DNA from: Eledone cirrhosa
Lineage: Eukaryota
Length of the DNA: 64,000 nucleotides
Reading direction: 5' to 3'
Assembly: GCA_964016885.1 (NCBI GenBank)
Contig: OZ024744.1
Location: 98,146,001-98,210,000 of the forward strand
A program made the translations under genes and the position numbers. Each line of letters opens with the position of its first letter. Position 1 is the stretch's first letter. Positions 38,301 through 51,358 of this stretch are shown piece by piece. The notes beneath the pieces are model-generated. The model had not been told where the DNA came from. It ran no database searches and saw only the letters and a program-made list of their open reading frames with translations.

Positions 38301-38390
38301 TTATTATAATGTTTCTATATTGTTTATGCACACTGACGGAATTATATATTATATTTTATTCTTATTTTTATCTTTATTATATTATACTGT
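35325..38390 (+). mobile_element. Penelope-like element, RDD/CxC type (probably Hydra clade), 5'-truncated
   Basis: 35325-35443 is an inverted copy of 37475-37593; long AT-rich 3' UTR; right boundary uncertain. Confidence 0.8.
35445..37315 (+). pseudogene. PLE RT plus GIY-YIG ORF with one in-frame stop
   Basis: MGS, GLYRDD, NFLDVTLD, FNPPY, KCNCRVSVNCPLNGHC, NIVY..YIGST..FKTRFNSH; TAA at 35774. Confidence 0.9.
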
Positions 38391-38406
38391 AAACAATATA
38401 TATATA

Positions 38407-39061
38407 GGCATAGGTTAAGTTTAACGTCCTCGAAAATGAAACTAGGTTTTCTGACAAGTGAATGTGTTTTTTTGGTTTTTTTTTACAATGAAATTTACGA
38501 TACACTCTTTGTTTATTTACAACAGGTCTCTATAGTGATATGGTGTTAATTAGTATTGCGTGTGTGATTATTTTCTCTTATATATATATGTGTGGGTGTG
38601 TATATGTGTGTCTGTATGTATATATATATATATATGTGTGTTTGTATATATATATGTGTTTGTGTCATCATCATCGTTTAGATGTTTTTGTAATATCTTG
38701 CCAAAGTTGGCACCAACTATAAACAAATTAAGGCCGGGTCATAAGAAGGACAGAGAATGATAAGGGATTTGGGTAAAAACATGTAAACGATGATGATGAC
38801 ACAAACACATATATATATACAAACACACATATATATATACATACAGACACACATATATATACACACATATACACACCCACACATATATATATGAGAAAAT
38901 AATCACACACGCAATACTAATTAACACCATATCACTATAGAGACCTGTTGTAAATAAACAAAGAGTGTATCGTAAATTTCATTGTAAAAAAAAAACAAAA
39001 ACACATTCACTTGTCAGAAAACCTAGTTTCATTTTCGAGGACGTTAAACTTAACCTATGCC
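38407..39061. mobile_element. Merlin-like foldback element
   Basis: About 285-bp inverted arms 38407-38689 / 38775-39061, termini GGCATAGG, flanks atatatata on both sides. Confidence 0.75.
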
Positions 39062-39129
39062 ATATATATATATATATTTAAATACTTAATAAGTGTTAGT
39101 TTGTATTTGTACTAATGTGTATATGTATT

Positions 39130-39231
<102 letters not shown>

Positions 39232-39528
39232 TTAAGCTTTTTATTATCACCATCTATTATATTATATTATATTCTATATCGTACTGTAATTCTCGCATTA
39301 TATTACCATTTGTGTTTCAAATTTTTGCATTATATAATATTTGCAATGTGGGTTCAACATGTTAATCACTTCCTTGCTATTTGGTCTATATCTATGTTTG
39401 TAACTGCTCACTCTTAATCTTAGCCAACTTTTCCTTAATATCTTTCCTAAGCTTTAATAGATGTATACTCCATATTCTTCTGAGTTTTTGGCTTGTATTG
39501 GACGATAGTACTTCTTGTAGCTTTACTT

Positions 39529-39566
39529 GCCCTGATGAGTCCTTAATAGGACGAAACACTGTTGGC
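39529..39566 (+). ncRNA. Type I hammerhead ribozyme
   Basis: gcc-CTGATGA-gtcct taat aggac-GAAA-c act g-TT-ggc, then AATAAA. Confidence 0.85.
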
Positions 39567-39754
39567 TAATAAAGACTTTTGATGTATTGAAGGCTTCTTT
39601 GGTTTATTTATTTATTTATTTATTTTTTTTAATAATTCTTCGGCTCTGTTTAATTACATTGAGCTATATCTTATACTGTCATTTCTATAATATGAAGAGG
39701 GTGTTTAACTCCAACACACTCTAGTATTTTAATTCTTATATATATATATATATA

Positions 39755-41323
39755 TAAGAGAGTATTGAAGTTTGCTTGAAGCATTGTGGAATAATAGGTA
39801 AATATCTTTAAGTCGTTTGGAAGCCTCGACAATGCAAATGGATAAATTTCCGGGTAACAAGATCCGGTGGTGGAGAGAGAGATGTAAGTGGGTGTACGTT
39901 GAGATGCGTGGTGTGTATAAGACGTATAGAGGAATGAAGGAAAGAGTATAAAGGATAAAATTAAAATAACAACACGAGAGAGAGTTACCTTGGGAGAGAT
40001 TTAATTGTCCCTATTTCGGATTCACATCCATCAACTGGGGATTTTTTCCGGGGTGGGGGAAAGGTTGTCTGTCGGAAAGGTGCGAAACGCGTCCTCCGCT
40101 GTTTGTTGTTTTGAATATCTGAGGTATTCAGCAGAGCGCGCGTGCGCGTAAAATGGGGTCGGTCAGCGGCCGAATGTGGGAGTGGCGTGGCGCTAGCTGT
40201 CAGTCCATTCTCTGCCTGTTTGTTAAATGTTACTGTGTGTGCGTGTGTTGTTGTCTCGCTTGAGTGTGTGTGTGTGTGCGTGTGTTGTTGCCTTGTTCCT
40301 CTGTATTGGCAGTGTAGTATGTTCGTATGGTGGAATGCTACTGTGTGTGTGTGCGTGTGCGTGTGTAGTTGTCTCGTTTGTGTGTGTGTGCGTGTGTTGC
40401 TGCATCGTTTGTTAACTTAAACCAGCCACCTCATTTCGCTTCTCTCGGATCGATTGTTTATTTGCGGTGCCAGACGTTTGATAAAAAGCGCTTCCTTGAT
40501 ACGTAACGTGCCAACGTTTCTTTCAGTCGCTAGAATTGTGACAATGGGCCTTCCGTCTTTGTTTCCGCATTTGTCTATGTGTTTCCGGAAAGACGAGGCC
40601 CTAGATTTAGTGTGTTCCTTGATCCGGATGTGCAAAGGTCGGATTGTGCTACCTATATAGTATTGGTTGCACCTGTCACCACATTCTATCTTATACACGA
40701 CGTATGTGCGTAGGCAACAGTTCGCATGGCGTATCGGGCAGTCTCTGAGGGAGCACGCCTCAGTAGATTTCCCGGGTTTCCTGGAGAGGCATCTTCACAG
40801 GGGTGGGCCAGGTGGATGTCGAGGCCCTCCCTCCGTATAGCCTTGCGGATAGCGTTGGTGGTATTCTCGCCCAGGTGTGGTATTTTAAGGAAGCACTTGC
40901 CTTGGGTGCCTCTCTGTCTCTTGTGTCTGGCGTCTCCCACTCTGTCTGTGAGCGAGGTAGGGTACCCGTTCGTCTCCAGCACCTCGAGGAATCATTTGGT
41001 ATGAGTGACACCACTCGCGGGATCGCTGCATCTGTTTTTGGTTCGCGCAATCTCGTTCGTGATGTATCCTCTTTTGGCACTGTTAGGGAGGGCGGACTTG
41101 TAGTGAACGAACAGGTCCCTGCAGGCTGCCTTTCGGTAGAAGTTGCAGTGGATCCTTCCCTGTTCCGTGATGTTGATTCGGAAGTCGAGGAGGGCAAGTG
41201 ACCCGTCTTCGTTGGGGTGTTCAACACTGAAGTCAATGTTCTCGTCCGTGTTGTTGAACGTCTCATAGATTCTGTTCGCCGTGTCTTGGGAAGATGTGAG
41301 GATGAGGATATCGTCCACGTACC
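39755..41323 (-). mobile_element. Penelope/Poseidon-like element, 5'-truncated
   Basis: RYVDDIL, LALLD, FYRK, then YKIEC..YYIGSTIRPLHIRIKEH..LRIKEALFI. Confidence 0.9.
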
Positions 41324-41379
41324 TTGATATATATATATATAAATAAATATATATATATATATATATATATAAATACAAA

Positions 41380-43596
41380 TTTAGGAAAGCCCTTCAAGAT
41401 GTATATGACGAAAAAGAAGACGATTTAGAGACGTATGACATAGATAATAACTGGAATTTCTTACGTGACAACTTGCTGCAGGCTACTGATGAAACCTGTG
41501 GTTGGAGCAGAGCTCCAACCAGACAGAGAGTGACCTGGTGGTGGAACAGCACAGTAGATAAGGCTATTAGAGACAAAAGACTAGCATGGAAGGCTTGGAA
41601 AAAAGGTGGGAGTAGGGAAGAATATACAGCCACTAAGAGAGAAGCTAGACGTCAGGTGTACTTAGCATGCAGGGAGGCAGAGAGTAGGAGGTTTGCCAAT
41701 GTTCTGCGATGGGAAGATCAGAGGCGTGCGGTGTTCCACATTGCAAGGCAGTGTGTCAGTGCAAATCAGGATGTTGTTGTAGATAAATGTATCCGGAATA
41801 ATGCCGGTGTACTTAGTGTCACGAATGATCAGAAAAAGGAGGCCTGGAAATGTCATTATGAGAGACTGATGAATGTGGAGAACGAATGGGAGAGAGAGAA
41901 ATTACCCTTGGTAGATCCGACAGAGGGACCAGCTATTGAGATTGACGAATATAGGGTCCATGAGGCAATTAGGGAAATAAACCATTGGGAATAGTTGCTG
42001 AGATGCTGAAGGCATCAGGGGACGTAGGCACAAAACTGGTTGCACGCATCATCAATCAGGCTATATATGGTGGTGTCATACCCAAAGACTGGTGCAGCAG
42101 TATTCTCATAAATTGCTACAAAGGTAAAGGGGATGCTTTGGAGAGGAGCAATTATAGGGGTATAAAACTGATAGATCAGGTTATGAAAGGATTTTAGCAC
42201 AACTAATTAAAGAAAGGGTCAAACTAGATGAGATGCAGTTTGGTTTTGTGCCTGGGAAAAGTACAACAGATGCCCTCTTCTTGGTGAGACAATTGCAAGA
42301 GAGGTTCTTAGAGAAGAATAAGCCACTATACTTAGCCTTTGTTGACCTAGAGAAGGCCTTTGATAGGGTACCCCGATCTGTCATCTGGTGGTCCCTAAGG
42401 AAGCTAGGTGTTGAGGAATGGCTTGTGAGGACAGTGCAAACTTTGTACAGAGGTACTCTCAGTAAAGTCAGGGTAGGAATGGAGTTTAGTGAGGAATTCC
42501 AGATACAAGTAGGAGTACATCAGGGTTCGGTCCTCAGCCCGCTCTTGTTCATTATAGTCCTCCAAGCCATAACAGAGGAGTTTAAGACTGGCTGTCCATG
42601 GGAACTTCTCTATGCTGACGATCTGGTTCTTATAGCAGAATCAGTAGAGGAGCTAGAGAAACAGCAGTTGGAAGCAAGAGGACTGAGAGTGAATCTAGCT
42701 AAGACAAAAGTGTTGATGAGTAGAAAAGAGGACAAAACTCTGATTCCGTCAGGGAAATGGCCATGTTCGATATGCAGAAAAGGAACTGGCATAAATTCTA
42801 TAAAATGCACATAATGCAGATCCTGGGTACACAAGAGATGTAGCGGGATAGCAGGCAAACTAACAGGTAGGGAGAAATATGTATGCAGTAGATGTACAGG
42901 GAAATTAGACAGTAGATGTCGCACTGATAGACACATTTTTCAAATGCAAGAGGGCGCTATAGAAGTGGTGGATAGCTTCCGGTACCTAGAAGATCAGATT
43001 AGCATGGGAGGAGGGTATTCCGAGGCCATAGTATCTAGAATAAAGACGGGTTGGAAGAAGTTTAGGGAGCTGCTTCCTCTGTTGACGAAGAAGGGTTTCT
43101 CCCTGCGTATGAAAGGCCGGTTGTATGATGCCTGTGTGAGGAGCGCGATGCTGCATGGTAGTGAGACATGGGCAGCAACTGCAGAGGATATGCGACGGCT
43201 GGAGAGAAATGAGGCAAGCATGCTCCGTTGGATGTGCAGTGTAAATGTGCGTGAACGACCCAGCATAAATGTGTTGAGAGAGAAACTGTGTCTGAGAGGG
43301 ATAGAATGTAGTGTACGGGAGAGGAGACTGAGGTGGTATGGACATGTGATGCGCATGGAAGATGACTGATGGGTGAAGAAGTGCCAGGAATTGCCAGTTG
43401 AAGGAAGACGTGGTAGAGGTAGACCACGAAAAACATGGGCGGAGGTGGTGAGAACAGACCTCAGATCATTGAAGCTCACGGTGGAGATGACGAGGGACCG
43501 TGACGAGTGGAGAGATGCTGTGCTGAATAAGACCTGTCCCACCCTTGCAAGCAGGGAAAAGCGGACGTAAAATGATGATGATGATGATGATGATGA
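41380..43596 (+). mobile_element. RTE-clade LINE, 5'-truncated, frameshifted
   Basis: TWWWN, QFGF, DLEKAFD, LLYADD, RLRWYGHV; ORF stop followed directly by (GAT)n. Confidence 0.95.
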
Positions 43597-44105
43597 TATA
43601 TATATACACACAACCGAGGCATATATATATTTGTATATATATATATCATCATCATCATCATCAACGTTTAACGTCCGTGTTCCACGCTTGCATGGGTTTG
43701 GACGGGTGTTTTCCCACTTGAGGCAAGAGTGATTGTCTTGCTCGCATAGGACTGTCTGGCGGGTTTTCTACAGCTGGATGCCCTTCCTAACACCAACCAC
43801 ATTTACAGTGTGGGCCACATTTACAGTGTGGGATATATATATATACAACCGACAGGCTGAATATCTTTATAATTGTTACATTAAATGGATTTAAATTTCA
43901 TCAAATATTACCAATCTCAATTCGTATATCAATCTTATCAAATAAAAAAGTTTGTTCTCATATTCTGAGGGCAGTTAGAACATGGGTGAATTTTCTGTCA
44001 AAATTTCTTTGTGAAGGTGCAGTGTTGACCTGGAGAAAGATTTTGACAGAGTCCATTATCTGGTGGGCTCTTAGAAAACTTCGAGTAGATAAATGTTAAA
44101 TATTC

Positions 44106-44283
44106 ACCATTATCATCATCATCATCATCATTATCATCACCACCACCACCACCACCATCATTATCCTCATCATCACCATCATCACCATCACCACCACCAC
44201 CACCACCACCATCATTATCATTATCATTGCCATCATCACCATCATCGCCATCACCACTACCACCACTATCATCATCATCATTA
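44106..44283. repeat. (CAT/CAC)n microsatellite
   Basis: Direct reading. Confidence 0.9.
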
Positions 44284-44373
44284 TATATACACATTTCTTC
44301 AGTATTTTATGTTCCCTTTCTATGCTGGCATTGTTTGGATGGGTTGGCGTGACTTTATTTCACTTATATTTTC

Positions 44374-45080
44374 TACAAAGAGGCTTCAAAAAGTTTATGT
44401 CAAAGGGACAGTGGGGAAAAAACGTTTAAGTTATGATGTTTATTTTTCAACATATGCTCCATCTAGGTCTTTACACTTCTGCAAGCATTGATACCAGTCT
44501 TTAAGTCCATCTGTGTAAAACTGAGGGCCATGCGATTTAAACCATGTCAAAGCAGCTTTTTTTACATCTTCAACTGATGGAAAATGGGTATCTTTCAATG
44601 ATTTTTTTCAGTTTTGGAAACAAAAAAGAAGTCAGATGGGGCTAAATCGGGACTGTAAGGTGGGTGGTGGATGATTTCCCATTGGAATTCATGTAACACA
44701 GCTCGTGTTTGCTGAGTGCTGTGAGTGGACGCATTGTGGAAGAGAACACGCCGATGCAACTTTGCCAGGCATTTTTCCACGTTTTTCTTGGCGAGTTTTC
44801 TCAAAATGCTTTTATAATATGCTGCTGTAATTGTTCTCTTGTTCTCGAGGAAGTCAACCATCAAAATCTCCTCTGCATCCCAGAAGACAGTAGCCGTGAC
44901 CTTCCCTCTTGAAAGCTCCGATTTTGCCTTAACTGGCCCACTTCCACTCCTGGGCAGCCACTGCTTTGATTAAGTTTTGTTCTCGGGATCATACTGGTAC
45001 AGCCACGTCTCACCCCCGGTAACAGTTCTTTGCAGAAAAGCTTTGGAGTCTTCATCCCAATTGCTCAAAATTTCCATCGT
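44374..45080 (-). mobile_element. mariner transposase relic
   Basis: TITAAYY..HNASTH..HPPYSPDLAPSDF; TIR-like tacaaagaggcttcaaaaagttt at 44374. Confidence 0.85.
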
Positions 45081-45964
45081 ATATTTCAAAAAGAGAAATA
45101 TACAGACTATAATAGGTACATTTTTTTTTTTGTGTGTGTGGCTCCAGTAATAAAAATATAATAAAATAAAATAAAATAAAAGACTGAAATACTGAAAGTC
45201 CTTAAAGTAGATTGATGTCCCAGCTTTATTCCAAGGTACATTGTTTCATAGGAGATGTGTAATTATTACTTCTCTTATGGCTCAAACAGGTTTGTGATGT
45301 GGACTAGCTTATTAGGAACTGCATTATAGGTTTTGCCTGAAAGTAAACCAAAAAAAGAAAAGATATTGTTTAATAAAATGTTTCAGTTTGCTTGAAGCAT
45401 TGTATATGATATATAACGTTGAAAGAGATAGAAGGCTAAACAATGCAAAATAGACTGTAAGATGAGGTAACGAAATGTAAGTAATCATTGTTTTGGGGGG
45501 GTTTTGTTTTTTGTTCTTTTTTCTGTCCAATATTTCGGAACCTAAAAGTTTCTCCTTCAGGGTTAAGAACTTTCAGTGGATAATGTTCCAATTTCCTCCC
45601 TTTGGAATTAAATTTTGATTTTGATTTAAATTTTTTCTAAGTTGTTTTCAAGCGTTTTTTATGGTTATTACGCTTTATACAAGAATGATGTCAATTGCAA
45701 ATATAGTATTTCATGAATTAATTTTCGTTTTTGTATGAGATGTTTAGTTTGTGTACTTGAGGGTGTATCTTTTTATGTTAAGTACTGTGTTCTAATTGTT
45801 TGTTTTAACATTGGCTTGTATATTTCTTTTTTTGTTTTGTATTGTTTTTTCATTTCATATGTGTATGTGTGTGTGTATAGTTATGACAAATAAGGACTTC
45901 ACTAAATCGGAAAATCCAGTTAGCATAAATAGTGCTTCATTGACAATTTCTTGCTCTTACTCAA

Positions 45965-46265
45965 TGAGACTGGGGTCATCCTAGGTCAGTGATCCCAGAG
46001 GCATCATCATCCATAGAGCCGACCAGGTCCACTAGCACCCTCCATCGCTGGCAGTCTCATGCCATCCCCTCTGCATCCTCCAAAATGACATCAAGCCTCT
46101 GGAGATCTTCCTTGATGACAAACAGCCATCTGGTGCGGGGCTTGCTGCACAGCCTCTTCCAGCCTGTAGCTGCTATGTCGAATGAGAGCAAGGCCCTGGT
46201 AGGCTGATCTGGCGGCAGGCGAAGGACATGTCTGTACCAGCACATGCTGAGGATGACTATGAGAC
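45965..46265 (-). mobile_element. RTE-like LINE 3' fragment
   Basis: WYRHVLRLP..KPRTRWL..EDL motif. Confidence 0.65.
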
Positions 46266-47618
46266 TGGAGGCTGCAGGCTGATGAATGCATGCACGCTAC
46301 TCTTTGTTGGGCAATTAATTCATTATTGAAGTAAAATTGCAGTGTGTTTTGAATGCACAATAGAATATACCCATACGTAGGTGTCTCGACAAAAAAACAC
46401 ACAGTCCACACTGTAATGTGGGCGTGTAGGTAACACGGTAAAAAGTTCCTAGTGGTTGATGTTAAGAAGGACATCCAGCCGTAGAAAACCAGCCAGATAG
46501 TCCTATACGAGCAAGACACGGCCACCCGACCAAACTTGCCTCAAGTGGGACAACTCCCATCTAACCGATGTTAGCGTGGAAGATAGACGTTAAATGATGA
46601 TGATGATGATATACAATCTATGAACAAATATATTAGATAGATACTTGGTCTTGGTCTTTGAAGAGAATCCTAAATAGGAACAAAACCAATAATGTCAATC
46701 CCGTTTTTTCAGCACATGGAGAGATTAACCTTTTCGTTATATTTCTAATGAAAGACGCTACCTATGATTTCAAATAATTTTGAAAATTATAAAGAAAGTT
46801 TCATACATAAAATTACGATGGAAGTTTTTAGATAAATAATATTAAGTGGTCGTTTTGGTGCCATGATGAAAAGTGGCCAGTCCACACTGTAAAGTTGGTG
46901 TTTTGGTATTACGACAAAAAACACGCAGTCTACACTGTAAAATGATGATGTTGGTGCCACAATAAAAAGCACCCAGTCCACTCTGTAAATGTGGTTGGTG
47001 TTAGGAAGTGCATCCAGCTGTAGAAACCAAGCCTGAAACAGTTCTGTATGAACAAGAAAGACACAGTCATCTGATCTCACGTGTCCCACAACAGGACAAC
47101 TCATCTGACCCATGATAGTGTGGAAAATGGACATTAAACGATGATGATGATGATGATGATAAATATAAACACTTTAAAATAATCATTTTGTATCGTAGAA
47201 TCAGGGGTCATTAGTGCCCTAATTGTAAAGTGGTTGACATTAGAAAACCAGGCCAAAATCAATTTGTATGTACAAGACGATGACATCTGACCTATCTGTC
47301 CTCATACATGACAACCCATGTAACACTAGACATGATAATTGTTTCTACTTTAGGCACAAGGCCAGCAATCACCAGTTCATTACTGGTACTTTATTTTATC
47401 GACCCCGTAAGGATGAAAGGCAAAGTCAACCTCGGCGGGATTTGAACTCAGATCGTAAAGGGACGTAACTATGCGGAAAGCATGGCGTCCGACCCTCTAC
47501 CGATACTGCCAATCCACGGCCAACACTAGACATGATAATGATGATAATGATGTTATATATAGCAGGGAAAGCAGCCATAAAATGTTGATGATGATGATGA
47601 TGATGATAATGATGATGA

Positions 47619-47658
<40 letters not shown>

Positions 47659-47750
47659 TGTGTGTAAAAGGTAAACAGAAATGACAACACAATCGGTACA
47701 GTATATGGAAGGAATATATTAGTTTAACACTTGAAATAGCAGGAAGAGGG

Positions 47751-47786
47751 TCTTAATGTTTCGGACGCTAGTCCTTCATCAGAAGA
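47751..47786 (-). ncRNA. Minimal hammerhead in an about 210-bp repeat (47663-47875)
   Basis: tctt-CTGATGA-a-ggac tagc gtcc-GAAA-ca-TT-aaga. Confidence 0.7.
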
Positions 47787-49036
47787 AAGAATGAGAAATT
47801 AGAAAGAAAGAAGGGACAGGCAGAGCGGAATCGGAAAAAAATGTTTTTAGAGAAAAATAACAGGTCCATTTATGTTATATCATCATCATCGTCATCACCA
47901 TTTTACGTTGATTCTTCCACGTTAGCATGGGTTAGACAGGTTGTCCTGTTGTGGGCAGTGCCAGGTCGGGTGACCTTGTCTTGTTCATATGGGAACTGAT
48001 TTTGGCTTGATTTCTACAGCTGGATGCCCTTCCTAACACCAACCTCATTTACAGTGTGGGCTGGGTGCTTTTTGTCGTGACAACTCCACGATCACTTTGC
48101 AGTGGGTGGGGTGAGGGGGGCCTATTGTCTATATACTTCAGCTTTGGCTTATACCTGTTGGAAGTCGGGTCTTCTGTATTACTGCATCAACGCCAGAAGT
48201 CACAGTCGTGAGAGGTGCAATTGGGCAAGGTCTGCTTTTATCACCTCGTCCCAGGTTTTCTTGGGTCTCGCCACTCCAAGGCTTCCATCAACTTTTAATG
48301 TTAAGTTATATTGGAGTATACCAATATATATCCTGGTAAAGATTACAGAAGCTCAATGCTAATCAGTATCGTTGGTCCAGCAGTAATCCAAAAAGCTGGA
48401 TGATTTTTCAACCTGTCCCACCCTTGCAAGCAGGGAAAAGTGGACTTAAAATGATGATGATGATGATGATGTAGACTAAGTTATGGACTGTTAAGGCAGA
48501 GCTCACAATTTTAATAAAATAACAATGAAGAACCATAGAAATTAATAAATCACATCAAGACACCAATTTTACAATTGAAGGATTAATATTTATTATGTCG
48601 AGATGTGCTCACTTGCATATCATCGAAACATGTGTCTGTTACATAATAAAACAATATGGCCCTCCCCAAATATAACAATATATATATATCATCATCATCA
48701 TCATCATCATCATCATTTTACGTCCGCTTTTTCCCTGCTTGCAAGGGTGGGATGGGAACTGATTCTGGCTTTATTTCTACAGCTGGATGCCCTTCCTAAC
48801 ACCAACCTCATTTACAGTGAGTCTTGGGTGTTTATTTTTTTCCATGACACCTCCACGTCCACTTTACGGTGCTTTTTTTTTGCTGTGGCACCTCCACGAC
48901 CACTTTGCAGTGGAATGATAGGGACCCCAGTCCCTATCATCTCATTTCTACAGCTCATTAAACTGGAGCAATGTGAAATAAAGTGTCTTGCTCAAGGAAA
49001 CAACACATCACCCGGCCTGAGAATTGAACTCACAAC

Positions 49037-49084
<48 letters not shown>

Positions 49085-49542
49085 GGATATGTGTTCCTTC
49101 ACGCACAAGGCGCCAAGGTAAGCAATGTATTGTCCAACCAAATGCCAGTGTGGTTCAATGGCGGGTTAATAAAATTAACGAGCCAGAACAAATATAAACA
49201 AGGTTTAGCAAATAATGAAAAAGTTTCAAAATAAATTTTTAAAAATTGACTTTACCTACTATAGTTACCTTTACCGATCGGTTTCGAATCCCAAAAATAA
49301 ACGGAGACCATACGGCCTTCGTTGCAAAGAAAGATTCTCGTCAGAAGGTTCTTTTCATTCGAAGAATATAAAATTCCTGAATTTAAATTACGAACTAGCG
49401 CTATCAAACCTGTTCCTGGGATGAGAGTGGATGATGTAGAAACAGGTTTATCAAGGGCCGAAGTAAAGATAGAGGCAGAAGGAGGTAGGTCAAACCAGCC
49501 GCAGCTATCACTAGCAGCAGTCGGAGCGACCCAATTTGTCTC

Positions 49543-49575
<33 letters not shown>

Positions 49576-49799
49576 CACATTGTACCAGCTTTCTGAAACT
49601 TATCAATCAATTAAATAATAAGATTCATATCTAAAAAAAAATTAATAAGTAATGTTGAGAAACTAGAGAGTTTGAGAAGGGAGACAAACCATATGACTTG
49701 AGATCTGCTAATTTAAACCATAAATGCAAATGTTTGAAGCTCTTTCTTATAAGATATGTGCCTCTATTAGATGACATATTTCAATAAAATAATTTTGTT

Positions 49800-50215
49800 A
49801 CTTTGCATGGTAGTGACTGTAGAGGAGGACATGCGTAGACTGGAGAAAAATGAAGCGACCATGTTTCATTGGATGTGCAATGGAAATTTGAGAGAAAGGC
49901 AGAGCTTGGACGAGCTGAGAGAGCAGATGGGTTTAAAGGGAACTCGAGATGGGGTGTAGGAGAGAAGTGACATGTGATGTGCATGGACGATGACTGATAG
50001 GTGAAGAAATGCCAAGAAATCCCAGTGAAAGGAAGCTGCAATAGAGGTCAACCAAGAAAGACCTGGGCAGAGATTCTCTCAGCGGATCTCAAATTGCTGA
50101 GACTGGCAGAGGAAATGATGACGGAACGTGACAAGTGCAGAAATGCAGTGCTGAGAAGGACATATCGAACCCATGCAATCATTGAAAAGCAGATGTAAAA
50201 ATGATGATGATGAGG
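49800..50215 (+). mobile_element. Decayed RTE 3' fragment
   Basis: EDMRRLEKNEA..KKCQE..PRKTWAE; (gat)n tail. Confidence 0.85.
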
Positions 50216-51358
50216 ATATTGAAAACATTAAAGAATAGTGTAAAAAGCACAAATGCACCGAGCAGATGTTATGAAGTGGTGGGTGTTTAAAATTGCATCC
50301 AGTGATAGAAACCAAGCCGGAATGGAACATATCAGTCATCTGACTTGTCTAGTCTTAGAATGTGATAATTCCTTTAACTCATGTAAGCATGGAAATTAAT
50401 TGTTAAACAGTGAAGATTCTCTGCCCTAAAATTAAGCTTATACCACTTCAATAGCAAACGAGAATTATATCATCATCATTATCATCATCGATTAATGTCT
50501 ATCTCCCATGCTAGCATGGGTTAGATGGGTTTGTCCCATTTAAAGGCAAGTTGGGTCGGGTGACCATGTCTCACTCATATAGGAGAGTTTCTGGTTGGTT
50601 TTCTATGGCTGGACTGGGTGCTTTTTGTTGCGACACCTACACGACCACTTTACAGTGTGGGCTGGGTGCTTTTTGTTGTGACACCTACATGACCACTATA
50701 CAGTGTGGAGTGGATGTTTTGTGGTACCAGTATAATATACATATATACATATATATACATGCAAATATCATATATATATATATACATATCCCTTTTCCAC
50801 CACCCTTTTCCTTTTCCAATCCAAATCTGTTTCCTTAATAATGGTTTCTTATATAGGCACAAGGCCAACAATTTCGGGGAGGGAAAAGTCGATTAAATTG
50901 ACCCCAGTGCGTGACTGGTACTTTATTTTATCGACCCGTAAGAATGAAAGGTAAAGTTAACCTCGGCGGGATTTGAACTCAGACCGTAAACGGCCATAAC
51001 TCTATGCTGCAAAGCATGGCGTCCAACCCTCTACCGATACTGCCAATCCACCGACCTGCTATAATAATGCAAAATGTTTTGTTTTTGTTTTTTCTGTCTG
51101 TGTGAGTTCATATTGGATGAAAGTTTTAATGGGTGTATCCTGGACAACTGTTAAGATCATTAATGTATTAGATTCCTCCATTATCGTATCCCTTCTGATG
51201 GTGGTACCGTATGTTACTTTTTCAATAACATCATACCATGCTGTGTCATAGACCCTTGTTTCCTGGCTTCCTTCCACTGAGGTTTCTTGGTATTTCTTCA
51301 TCCAGCAATCATCATCCATGCACATCAAATGTCCATACCAACGTAGTCTTCTCTCTTG

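Noticed and set aside
40005-40042. Hammerhead downstream of the 40-41 kb PLE
   Set aside because: Stem II and GAAA are present but the CUGANGA core is not intact.
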